From a virus (taxonomy: Duplodnaviria > Caudoviricetes), in the IMG/VR virus record IMGVR_UViG_3300028372_000005, positions 359 to 64,358 of that record: a stretch of 64,000 nucleotides of DNA; one strand, 5' to 3'. The notes beneath the pieces were generated by a model. It had not been told where the DNA came from, did no database searches, and saw nothing but the letters and a program-made list of their open reading frames with translations. Position numbers and translations under genes: made by a program. Numbering within the stretch: position 1 is the stretch's first letter; every line of letters begins with the position of its first letter. Shown here piece after piece: positions 49,728 through 59,116 of the stretch.

Positions 49728-52700
49728 GTGTCCCTTCCGTACAACACGCACAAAAATCTGCTCGAGAACCTCGAGGACTACCTTCGAGACACGCTCAACA
49801 TCAAACAGGGCGACCGCGAGTTGGTCGTCAAGCGCATCGATATGCCCTCGACCGAGTCGCACGACGACCTTCGGTCACAAAAGAGTGCCAAAATTCAGGG
49901 CATCTCCTACAAAAAACCCGTGCGCGCGACACTCGAGCTCAAAGTCGACAACAAGACCGAGGACACAGCGACCGTCACGTTGCTCGACCTGCCGCAGGTG
50001 ACCACCCGCGGCACCTACATCGTCGAGGGCAACGAGTACAGCTTCCCGCTCCAAAAGCGCCTGCTTCCGGGCGTGTACACCCGTGAAAAACCAGACGGCA
50101 CGATCGAGGCGTGGATCAACTCGTCGAAGGGTAAAAACCTTCGCCTCCAGCTTCGCGAGCAGGGCGACTTCGTGCTCGATACGGGCAAAAAGATCAACCT
50201 CCTGGCCCTGCTGGTCGGACTTGGCATCGATCGCCAGCGCATCCGGCGGGTGTGGGGCGACGAGGTCTACCGCACCAACAAGGGCGCGCGGGGGGCCGGC
50301 AACGAGCTCGGGGCGCTCAAAAAGCTTTACGACTCTCTGCATTACGACGGCGACGAAGACGTCGACAAAAAAGATGTGCCGACGCTGAGGCGCTGGCTGC
50401 TGAACTACTTCGAGGAGAACAGCGAGCTCGACCCGCAAAACGTCGAGATGACACTCGGCCGGGAAGCCTCGCGGGTGTCGGCCGACCTGTTCATGGTCAT
50501 CACGAAAAAGATCCTCGAGGTCTCCCGCGGCGAGTCCGAAGAGGACAACCGCGAGTCGCTCATCCACAACGCGGTGTTCGACCTGAGCGATTTCGCCATC
50601 GAGCGGCTCAACCACCGCCAGTACCGCTCGAAGATCGCGCGCACCCTGCAACGGAACCTGCAGAAATTCGACAAGGTCAGTGACGTCGTCCAGAAGCGGC
50701 TTTTCCAGGGGCCACTCGACTCGACGTTTACCCAGACATCTCTCGCCAGGATCCCCAAGCAGAACAACCCCATGGACCTGATGGCCTCCTTTTCGGAGAT
50801 CACTTCCATGGGTGAGGGTGGCATCGAGACACGCCACGCGGTCAGCCGCGAGACGCGCGCGGTCGATCCGTCGCATCTGAACTTCATCGACCCGATGCAC
50901 ACCCCCGAGGGGCAAAGCCTGGGGACAAGTCTGCATCTGGCGAAGGGCGTCAAAAAACGCGGGAAGGACCTCGTCAAGAAGGTCTGGGACGTCAAAAAAG
51001 GCGAACAGGTCGAGGTGACTCCGCGCGAGATGTACATGAAGCCGACAGCCTTCGCAGAGTACTACAAGGAGGAAGATGGCCGTCTCGAGCCCGACGATGA
51101 CGGTAAGATCAAGGTCAGCCACAAGGGAGAAATCAGTCGCGTCTCGCCCCACGAGGTGCGCTTTGCGATGCGTCGCACCACCGACATGTTCGGGTACAAC
51201 TCGCTGGGGATGCCGTTTTTGTCACACAACAACGGCACCCGCGGGATGACGGCCTCGAAGATGCAGTCGCAGGCGAAATCGCTCGTCCACCGCGAAGTGC
51301 CCAAAGTCCAGGCCGCCATCGACGAACACTCCGGCGCCACCGTCGAGCAGCTCATGGGGAAGTTCAGCGTCCCCAAAGCCCCGGTCGACGGCAAGGTGGT
51401 CAAGCTCGAGGAGGATAACCTCGTCATCCGGGATGCGGACGGAAAGTCCCACAAGGTCAATTTCCCAAAAAGCTTCTGGCTCAATGACCACAACTTCCAG
51501 GACACCGAAATCACCGTCTCCAAGGGTGATCGGGTGACCAAAGGCCAGGCGCTGGGGGATACGAACTACACCAAAGACGGTGAGCTCGCGCTGGGGACGA
51601 ACCTCAAAACGGCGTATGTGCCATACAAGGGTTTGAACCACGAGGACGGCGTGGTCGTCAGCGAGACGGCGGCCAAAAAACTCACCTCGATGCACGCCTA
51701 TCAGAAAACGGTGCCGGTGGGCGACAACGAGGTCTTGAGCAAAAAGAAGTACCAGGCCTACTTCCCATCGCTGTATACCGCCGATCAGCTCAGCAAGCTC
51801 GACGACGACGGCGTGGTCAAAAAGGGCCAGCGCATCAAAAAGGGTGACCCGCTGGTCGTCAAGATGCGCAAGGTCGAAGAGGATACGGCCTCGAAGCAGC
51901 TCAAAAACATCAGCCGCCTTCTGACCCAGGATTTTCGCGACGGCTCGATCGTCTGGGACAAGGCAACAGAAGGCGTGGTCGAAGAGGTTCATCCCCGAAA
52001 CGACGACGTACTGGTGGTCGTCAAGACCGAAGAGCGGGCGAAAGTCGGCGACAAGCTCGTTGGGCGTCATGGAAACAAAGGCACGATTACCACGATCATC
52101 GACGACGGCGAGATGCCTCGCGGCGAGGACGAAGAGCCCCTCGAGCTCCTACTCAACCCCAACGGGGTCATCAGCCGGATGAACACCGGCCAAATCATGG
52201 AGGTCACCGCCTCGAATATCGCCAACCACGACGGCAAGCCCTACGTCTCCAAGCCCTTTGGGAAGAACCACTCCAAAGAGATTTTGGACGAGCTCAAAGA
52301 GCGGGGCTTAAAAGACCACAGTACGATCTACGACCCCACCGAAGACAAGCACATCGAGGGCGTGCTCGTCGGCGACCACTACACGCTCAAGCTCGAGCAC
52401 AAGGTCGACAAGAAGCTTAGCGCCCGCGGCGCGGGGCCCGGCGAGGCCTATTCGCTCTCTGGCCAGCCCTCCCAGGGCAAGGGTAAGGGCGGCCGGTCCA
52501 TCGGTCTTGGGGAGATGTATGCACTGCTCGCCCACGGCGCCGATGCGAACTTAAAAGAGATGTACACCTTCAAGGGTGACAAATCGATCGAGCACTGGCG
52601 CGCGATTGAAAACGGCACGGCACTACCGAAGCCGAATATGCCGAACTCGAGCAAGAAGTTCGTCTCGATGCTTCGCGGCATGGGCGTGAACCTCGAAGAG

Positions 52701-55700
52701 GACGATAAGGGAGATGTGAAGATGGCGCCGTTTCTGGACCGCCATGTGCGCGACATCTCCAACGGAGAAATCAAAGACGCGACTGCCCTGCGGGCCAAAG
52801 ACCTCAAAGAAGAGAAGGGCGGACTGTTCGACCTGGAGACCACCGGCGGACTCGAGGGCACGAAGTGGTCACACATCGAGCTCGCAGAACCTTTGCCGCA
52901 CCCGACGTTTTTGAAGGCGATCAGGGATGTCACCAAGCTCAGAGGCCACGAGATCGACGATCTGGTCGGCGGCAAGAAGGGTGTCGTCGGCGGCAAGCTC
53001 GTCGCGGCCGACAAGCCGGGCGCAACCACCGGCGGCGAGGGCCTGCGAAAACTGCTGAAGTCCATCGACCCCGACAAGCGCCTCAAAGAGATCAAGGAGA
53101 AGGCGCCCAAAGCGAGCGGCTCCAAGCTCAATAAGATGCACCGCGAGGCGCGCACACTCAAAAACTTCAAAGAGAAGGGTGTGGGTCTCGACGAGATGGT
53201 TGTCGACACCATCCCGGTCATGCCGCCGAAGTTTCGGCCGGTCATCGAGCTGCCCGGCACCGGAGACATCTCGGTCGCCGACGTCAACGAGCACTACCGC
53301 TCGACGATTCTGATGAACAACCAGCTCAAGGCGCTCAAGGGCAAGAAGGGGCTGCAAAAACAGCGCGACAAGGTCCGAAAATCCCTGTTTGATGGCTTCA
53401 GTGGTTCGATGGGGATGTCGATGGGGCTCGTCCAAGACGAAAACGTCAAGGGCCTGGCCGAGACGGTCGCCGGTACGAATCCGAAGTCGGGGTATTTCCA
53501 AAAAAGGCTTTTGAAGCGCCGCCAGGACACCTCCGGCACGGCTGTGGTTGGGCCGGACCCGGACCTCGACATGGATCAGATCGGGGTGCCCGAGCAGATG
53601 GCCTGGAAGATTTTCAAGCCCCACATCAAGCGCGAGCTTCGAGGTCAGGGGCTCACACCCCTGCAGGCCGAACAAGAGATCGAGGACCGCACCAAGCTCG
53701 GCAACGACGCGCTGCAGCGCGCCATGGGCGACCGTCATGTGATGGCGAATCGCGCGCCGACCTTGCACAAATTCTCCATTATGGCGTTCAAGCCCAAGCT
53801 TATCCCGGGCCATGCTGTGAAGCTGCCGGTCGAAGTGCTCGGCGGGTTCAACGCCGACTTCGACGGAGATACGTTCGGCATTCACGTGCCAGCGACCGAG
53901 GAAGCCAACAAGGAAGCCGAAGACCTGCTGCCGTCGAAAAATATGTACCTGCCCGGCCGCAACCGCGAGGAGATGAACCCCGGGTTGAGCCACGAGTACG
54001 TGCTCGGCCTGTTCAAAATCACCCGCAAGGGCGCGGCCAAATCGAACACCTACGACTCTCCTGAAGAGGCGATCAAGGCTGCGGACACCGAGCGCATCGA
54101 CTGGACCGACACCGTGCGAATCAGCGGAATCGGCAAGACCACCGCCGGCCGGTGCAAGGTCATGGCGGCCGTGCCCGAGAAGCTTCGCGACTACAACGCC
54201 CGGCTCGACAACGGCAAAATCAAGGATTTCTTCAAGCGTATCCAGAAAGAGGAGGGGGACGGCGCGTTCAAAGACACGTTGGGCGCCTGGAAGAAGATTG
54301 CCAAAAGCTACGCCTACACCTCCGGCTCGAGCTTTTTGCTCTCGGATATGAAGGATTCGGCGAAGCTGTCACGAGAGCGCGACAAGCTGTACGCCGACGC
54401 CGACCGTCAGGTGCAGAGCGTGCGCGGCGATCGACGCCTGTCCGACGAAGACCGAAAAAAGAAGGTCATCGACCTGTATGGCGAGGTCGACAAATACGTC
54501 AAAGACAAGTCGATCAAAATCAAAGGCAATGACGCCGGCAAATCGAACAACATCTCGGATATGGTCGAGGCCGGTGCGCGCGGAAACCCCGACCAGGTCA
54601 AACAGCTCGTCGGAAGCCTGGGGCTCATGCTCAACCATCGTCAAGAGACGATGGAGGAGCCAGTGCGCGGCAACTACGCCGAAGGCCTGAGCTCGTCGGA
54701 CTATTTTGCGCACCTGTACTCCCAGCGAAAAGGCATGATCGATAAGACCCAGTCGGTCGCGGGGCCGGGGTATCTCGCCAAAGAGCTGACCAACTCGGCG
54801 GCCGACATGAAAGTCACCGAGAAGGACTGCGGGACCAAAGAGGGGCGCTACGAGAAGGTTGATGGCCACCTCAAAGACCGCGTGCTCGCCGACTCGGTCG
54901 GCTCGACGACGCGCGGCACCGTCATCGACGACTCCGTGCTCTCGAGCATCGAGAAGCTCAAAAAGCCGAAGGTGAAGGTGCGCTCAATTCTAACCTGCGA
55001 ATCGACACAGGGAGTGTGCGCGAAGTGCTTTGGCTACGATGAGACGGGCAGCTTCCCTATGGTTGGCAAGAATGTGGGCATCTCGGAGGTGCAGGCCTTG
55101 ACCGAGCGCGCAACGCAGCTTCCCATGAAATCCTTCCACACGGGCGGCGTCGCCACCGCAGAAACTGGCCTCTCCAACGCCTTCGATCGCGCCCAGCAGA
55201 TTCTGCAGATGCCCGAGAATATCAAGGGCAAGGCCGTCCTCGCCGAAGTGAGCGGGCCGGTCCAAAAGATCAAGTCGTCTGGATACGGCGGCAAGGTGGT
55301 GGTCGTGAGCGGCAAAGACCACAAAATCCCCCAGAAGCTCGACGTCAAAGTCAAAATTGGCGAGCGCGTCAAAAAGGGTGATCCGCTGTCGACGGGTGTC
55401 ACTCAGTCCCAGGACGTGCTGCGCCTTCGCGGCATCAATGACGTGCAGACCCAGATGCGCGACGATCTGCACCAGACGTTCTCGTCGGCTGGGGTGAATC
55501 TGTCGAAGAAAAACTACGAAGTCACCGTCAAGTCACTGACCGACAAGGTGCGCGTCCAAGATTCGGGGGACTCAGAAAAGTGGGTGCCCGGCGACTACGC
55601 CAAGCTCCCTCAGGTCAAGGCGTGGAACAATCAAAACCCCACAGGCCGCCAGGTCACCTACAAGAGCGTGCTTCCTGGCGCCCAACAAAATCCCCACAAG

Positions 55701-56321
55701 GGTGACGACTGGGCGCAGCGTATGGCGCTGAGCCGTATCAAGACGACCATCGAGGAGGGCGGGCCGCAGGGGTTTTCAAGCTCCCGCACCTCCGGCTCCC
55801 CGTTCGCCGATCTGGCGCTTGGGCCGGGATCGAATCTTGTCGGTCCGGGCCTTGAGGCGATGGATAAGATGAGCTCGGCGTATTTCAGCATGCTCCCCTG
55901 GCCGACCGAAGCCAGCGCGATCGCGTGCCTGGTCGACATCGAAAAGGCCGCCGGCTTCACCTTCGAGCCCGTCGAGCTCGACGCGATCTTTGAGGCGCGC
56001 ATGAGCGTCGACCAGATGATTGAGAAGATCGCCGAGCGCTCGACGCCCGCAGAAAAAGAGCGCGCGCGTCGGTACTACCAGGAAAACAAAGACGAGATTT
56101 CCCGTAAGCGCAAGCTCCGTCAGCGCAAAATCCAGTCCGGCGTGCAGCGCAAGCGAAAGCGCATCGGCTCGCCCGGCGCCGGCTACCAGTACATCCACAG
56201 TGATGAGGAAGAAGATGGTTCGTCGCAGGGAGGCGTACGCCTGGGCGGCAATCCGAACTTCGACCCCAACGAGAATCCGCGATCGACTGAGAAGAAGCAG
56301 GACATGAAGAGGGTTACATGA
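49728..56321 (+). CDS. single-chain multisubunit-type DNA-directed RNA polymerase (beta-beta' fusion)
   Basis: beta: GDKLVGRHGNKG, NPNGVISRMN, GEM..L.AHGA; beta': GGLFD, HIEL, PVMPP.FRP, NRAPTLH, NADFDGD (53850-53870), SQRKGMID, CAKCFG, TQLPMKSFHTGG; GAGGAGG RBS. Confidence 0.95.
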   Translation: MSLPYNTHKNLLENLEDYLRDTLNIKQGDRELVVKRIDMPSTESHDDLRSQKSAKIQGISYKKPVRATLELKVDNKTEDTATVTLLDLPQVTTRGTYIVEGNEYSFPLQKRLLPGVYTREKPDGTIEAWINSSKGKNLRLQLREQGDFVLDTGKKINLLALLVGLGIDRQRIRRVWGDEVYRTNKGARGAGNELGALKKLYDSLHYDGDEDVDKKDVPTLRRWLLNYFEENSELDPQNVEMTLGREASRVSADLFMVITKKILEVSRGESEEDNRESLIHNAVFDLSDFAIERLNHRQYRSKIARTLQRNLQKFDKVSDVVQKRLFQGPLDSTFTQTSLARIPKQNNPMDLMASFSEITSMGEGGIETRHAVSRETRAVDPSHLNFIDPMHTPEGQSLGTSLHLAKGVKKRGKDLVKKVWDVKKGEQVEVTPREMYMKPTAFAEYYKEEDGRLEPDDDGKIKVSHKGEISRVSPHEVRFAMRRTTDMFGYNSLGMPFLSHNNGTRGMTASKMQSQAKSLVHREVPKVQAAIDEHSGATVEQLMGKFSVPKAPVDGKVVKLEEDNLVIRDADGKSHKVNFPKSFWLNDHNFQDTEITVSKGDRVTKGQALGDTNYTKDGELALGTNLKTAYVPYKGLNHEDGVVVSETAAKKLTSMHAYQKTVPVGDNEVLSKKKYQAYFPSLYTADQLSKLDDDGVVKKGQRIKKGDPLVVKMRKVEEDTASKQLKNISRLLTQDFRDGSIVWDKATEGVVEEVHPRNDDVLVVVKTEERAKVGDKLVGRHGNKGTITTIIDDGEMPRGEDEEPLELLLNPNGVISRMNTGQIMEVTASNIANHDGKPYVSKPFGKNHSKEILDELKERGLKDHSTIYDPTEDKHIEGVLVGDHYTLKLEHKVDKKLSARGAGPGEAYSLSGQPSQGKGKGGRSIGLGEMYALLAHGADANLKEMYTFKGDKSIEHWRAIENGTALPKPNMPNSSKKFVSMLRGMGVNLEEDDKGDVKMAPFLDRHVRDISNGEIKDATALRAKDLKEEKGGLFDLETTGGLEGTKWSHIELAEPLPHPTFLKAIRDVTKLRGHEIDDLVGGKKGVVGGKLVAADKPGATTGGEGLRKLLKSIDPDKRLKEIKEKAPKASGSKLNKMHREARTLKNFKEKGVGLDEMVVDTIPVMPPKFRPVIELPGTGDISVADVNEHYRSTILMNNQLKALKGKKGLQKQRDKVRKSLFDGFSGSMGMSMGLVQDENVKGLAETVAGTNPKSGYFQKRLLKRRQDTSGTAVVGPDPDLDMDQIGVPEQMAWKIFKPHIKRELRGQGLTPLQAEQEIEDRTKLGNDALQRAMGDRHVMANRAPTLHKFSIMAFKPKLIPGHAVKLPVEVLGGFNADFDGDTFGIHVPATEEANKEAEDLLPSKNMYLPGRNREEMNPGLSHEYVLGLFKITRKGAAKSNTYDSPEEAIKAADTERIDWTDTVRISGIGKTTAGRCKVMAAVPEKLRDYNARLDNGKIKDFFKRIQKEEGDGAFKDTLGAWKKIAKSYAYTSGSSFLLSDMKDSAKLSRERDKLYADADRQVQSVRGDRRLSDEDRKKKVIDLYGEVDKYVKDKSIKIKGNDAGKSNNISDMVEAGARGNPDQVKQLVGSLGLMLNHRQETMEEPVRGNYAEGLSSSDYFAHLYSQRKGMIDKTQSVAGPGYLAKELTNSAADMKVTEKDCGTKEGRYEKVDGHLKDRVLADSVGSTTRGTVIDDSVLSSIEKLKKPKVKVRSILTCESTQGVCAKCFGYDETGSFPMVGKNVGISEVQALTERATQLPMKSFHTGGVATAETGLSNAFDRAQQILQMPENIKGKAVLAEVSGPVQKIKSSGYGGKVVVVSGKDHKIPQKLDVKVKIGERVKKGDPLSTGVTQSQDVLRLRGINDVQTQMRDDLHQTFSSAGVNLSKKNYEVTVKSLTDKVRVQDSGDSEKWVPGDYAKLPQVKAWNNQNPTGRQVTYKSVLPGAQQNPHKGDDWAQRMALSRIKTTIEEGGPQGFSSSRTSGSPFADLALGPGSNLVGPGLEAMDKMSSAYFSMLPWPTEASAIACLVDIEKAAGFTFEPVELDAIFEARMSVDQMIEKIAERSTPAEKERARRYYQENKDEISRKRKLRQRKIQSGVQRKRKRIGSPGAGYQYIHSDEEEDGSSQGGVRLGGNPNFDPNENPRSTEKKQDMKRVT

Positions 56322-57895
56322 GCGCAGCCGAAGAGTATCCGGCCGCCTATCTATCCGAGTGGGCCGCCAACGGCATCAACGTCGCCCCGCGCGAGAAGAT
56401 GACCTACAACGGCCGTCGCTGGATGCCGGCGATGTTCGACACCCAGGCCCAGCGGCGCGTCTGCAAGATGAGTCGCCAGGTGGGAAAGTCGACCTTCGGC
56501 TCGGCGTTCTCGCTGATGCTTATGGCAAACCATCGGCGCTTCAACGTCCTGTACGCCGCCCCCGAGCAAGACCAGACCTCCAAATATAGCTGGGATAAAG
56601 TCGCCCCAATGATCGCCGGCTCGCCTGGGTTCGACAACATCATCGGGGTGCCCAACAACGTCTTCGAGAAGAAGTTCGCCAACACCGAGTCGAAGTACTA
56701 CCTGAAGTGGGCCAAGCACAACCCGGACGCCTGTCGTGGTCTGACCGTCGACATGGTCCACTACGACGAGGTCCAGGACCAGACGCTCGACGAGATCGAG
56801 CCGGTCATCAACGAGGCGATGTTCACCTCGGAGCACGAGAAGCTGTTGTACACCGGCACGCCGAAGTCACTGGTCAATCCGATCCACGGACTGTGGAAAA
56901 AGAGCGACCAGCGAGAATGGGTCATCACCTGTGGTGGGTGCTCGAAGTATGTGAATCTGGGCATCAAAAACATCGGAAAGCACGGGCCGATCTGTCACCA
57001 CTGCGGCAAGATTCTGGACGTCGACAACGGTCAGTGGATTCGTCACAACCGCGCCTCCAAGATGGCCGGATTCCACGTCCATCAGATGCACTGCAAAATC
57101 TCGTACATGAAGCTCAGGGGTGGCATCTGGGTGCCCAACCAGAACAAGTGGGACAGCATCCTCAAGAAGTTCGAGGACTATCCCCGGCCGAAATTCTTAA
57201 ATGAGGTCTTAGGCATGTCGGCCGACACCGCCGATGTTCCGATCACAGAAGCCATGCTCCGGCGCATCTGTGGGGCGCACAAAATTGTCGAGGACCCGCC
57301 GTCGTCGTACATGCGCGCGCCGATCTATGCTGGCATCGACTGGGGGCGGGGGCCTGCAGCGACCGTCTTGACGCTCGGGCAGTTCTACAAGGGGAAGTTT
57401 CGTTTTCTGTATCTGAAAAAATTCAAGGGTGACGCGGCCCACCCCCAGTACTGCATCCCGAAGATTTTGCAGACACTCAAGACCTGGAGGGTCGCCAGGG
57501 TCCACTGCGACCACGGCATGGGATTTGGCATGAACAGCCAGATCGCCGAGGGGTACGGGGATAATCGGGTCACGGCCTGCTACTACTCGAGCTCGGCGAA
57601 GTCGGCCGACTACACCTGGAAGACCAAGAACAAAGAGGTGCCGTGTCTGACGCTGAACAAATCCAACGCAGTGTCGGCCTTCATCGAGCGCATCCGCAAG
57701 CGCCACATCGTCATGCCCCGCCAGGAAGAGTTCTTTGATGAGTTCTCAGAAGACTTTTTGAACGTGCGCGCTGAAGTCGACCGCCACGACAACCTCAGGT
57801 ACTTGAAGGCCGAAGGCGAGAACGACGACGCGTTCCACGCCGCACTGTACTGCTATGTGATCGCGAACTTCGATACGGCCGGCTCTAAAATTTGA
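56318..57895 (+). CDS. terminase large subunit
   Basis: KMSRQVGKST Walker A, HYDEVQD Walker B, TGTP, CGGC..CHHC, GIDWG and DDAFHA nuclease motifs. Confidence 0.88.
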   Translation: MSAAEEYPAAYLSEWAANGINVAPREKMTYNGRRWMPAMFDTQAQRRVCKMSRQVGKSTFGSAFSLMLMANHRRFNVLYAAPEQDQTSKYSWDKVAPMIAGSPGFDNIIGVPNNVFEKKFANTESKYYLKWAKHNPDACRGLTVDMVHYDEVQDQTLDEIEPVINEAMFTSEHEKLLYTGTPKSLVNPIHGLWKKSDQREWVITCGGCSKYVNLGIKNIGKHGPICHHCGKILDVDNGQWIRHNRASKMAGFHVHQMHCKISYMKLRGGIWVPNQNKWDSILKKFEDYPRPKFLNEVLGMSADTADVPITEAMLRRICGAHKIVEDPPSSYMRAPIYAGIDWGRGPAATVLTLGQFYKGKFRFLYLKKFKGDAAHPQYCIPKILQTLKTWRVARVHCDHGMGFGMNSQIAEGYGDNRVTACYYSSSAKSADYTWKTKNKEVPCLTLNKSNAVSAFIERIRKRHIVMPRQEEFFDEFSEDFLNVRAEVDRHDNLRYLKAEGENDDAFHAALYCYVIANFDTAGSKI

Positions 57896-58122
57896 GGTTG
57901 CCGATGACTTTCCACCGGCTGGCCGACGGCGTGACATCAGGGGCGTCGAAGACGCTATCGCCCGGCAACGCCCTCGCCGACAGCTGGTCTTCGAGAGTGG
58001 GCTTGTCGTCGCCTTCCTGGCGCATCTGGGTGAACATGTCATCGGGCTCTGAGGGGTCGTCAGATGCGTTGGCATCCGCCTCAGACTCCTCCTCCAGGGC
58101 TGGCAGTCCCGCAAAAAAGTCA

Positions 58123-58938
58123 TCAGACATCGTCTTTCTCCTCGTGGCCGCTCGCCTCGAGAGGGTCGTACCCGTCGAGCTCATTGGCGTCAGTGGCAGT
58201 TTGCTCTGAGTATATGATGGTGCGTTTGAAGATGTCTGGCAAGTCGGCAGTCTGGCCGGTCTCGTTGTCTTTGAGGGTCTTGTAGGCCGACATCACGTTT
58301 TTTTGGTACTTGATGACCGTGTCGTCGGCCGCCATGCCGAAGCGTTGCAGCTCTTTGGCCCGAAAGAACCCATCCTTCATGATATCTTCGAGCATCGCCT
58401 CCGGGTCGATGTCGATGTCGGCGCCGGCGCGGTGGGCCAGGTGCTTGTCGCGCCAGGGGCCGCTCACCACAGGCTGCGTATGCCCTTTTGGGTCGGCCGA
58501 AGCGATGTCGTAGGCGCTGAGGCGGTCGGTGTCGCAGAACAGCTTTTTGTATAGCCCTATCGTCTCCTCAGAAATCGCCTCTTTGAACTTGTAGTACAGC
58601 GCATCGACGACCCACTGGGTCTCGCAGTGCTCTTTGAGCATGGCCTCGATGACGCCCGAGATGGCTTTTTCTTCGGGGAGTCTGAGCGCGCGGTCAAGGT
58701 CGGGGTCGGGCTCATTGCCGCGTTTTAGGTCACGCTCGTACTCGAGCACGCAGGTCAGCTCGAGTACATCAAACGGGGCACGCTTGGAGCTGGCCTCCTC
58801 CTTGAGCCTGCGCGCTGCGATTTTGAAGTTTTTGTCAGTGAGGTCGGGGTGGTCGCGGCCGAGCAGCGCGTGGTACATCACCCAGCGCCAGTTTGGCACC
58901 CGGGGGATGATGCTATTGAGCTTACGGTCCATATTCAC
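58123..58938 (-). CDS. hypothetical protein of the morphogenesis cluster
   Basis: 271-aa ORF, coupled with neighbours. Confidence 0.65.
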   Translation of the reverse strand: MNMDRKLNSIIPRVPNWRWVMYHALLGRDHPDLTDKNFKIAARRLKEEASSKRAPFDVLELTCVLEYERDLKRGNEPDPDLDRALRLPEEKAISGVIEAMLKEHCETQWVVDALYYKFKEAISEETIGLYKKLFCDTDRLSAYDIASADPKGHTQPVVSGPWRDKHLAHRAGADIDIDPEAMLEDIMKDGFFRAKELQRFGMAADDTVIKYQKNVMSAYKTLKDNETGQTADLPDIFKRTIIYSEQTATDANELDGYDPLEASGHEEKDDV

Positions 58939-59116
58939 CTTGCTCGATCACGTTCGGCTTGGTCTCGCCCTTGCGGGTGTTTTTGCCGATATCCTTGATG
59001 AGATCTTTTCGTTCTTTGCTGGTCGACGACGCCTCCGCCTTCGGAGGATTGGTGGGCTTTGGGGGATCCACATTCTGGGCCGGGTTCAAAAGCGCACATT
59101 TGATCAGACCTCTCAT
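58922..59116 (-). CDS. leader-family small protein (MRGLIKCA)
   Basis: Leader on the minus strand, GGGAG RBS, coupled to the upstream gene. Confidence 0.72.
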   Translation of the reverse strand: MRGLIKCALLNPAQNVDPPKPTNPPKAEASSTSKERKDLIKDIGKNTRKGETKPNVIEQGEYGP

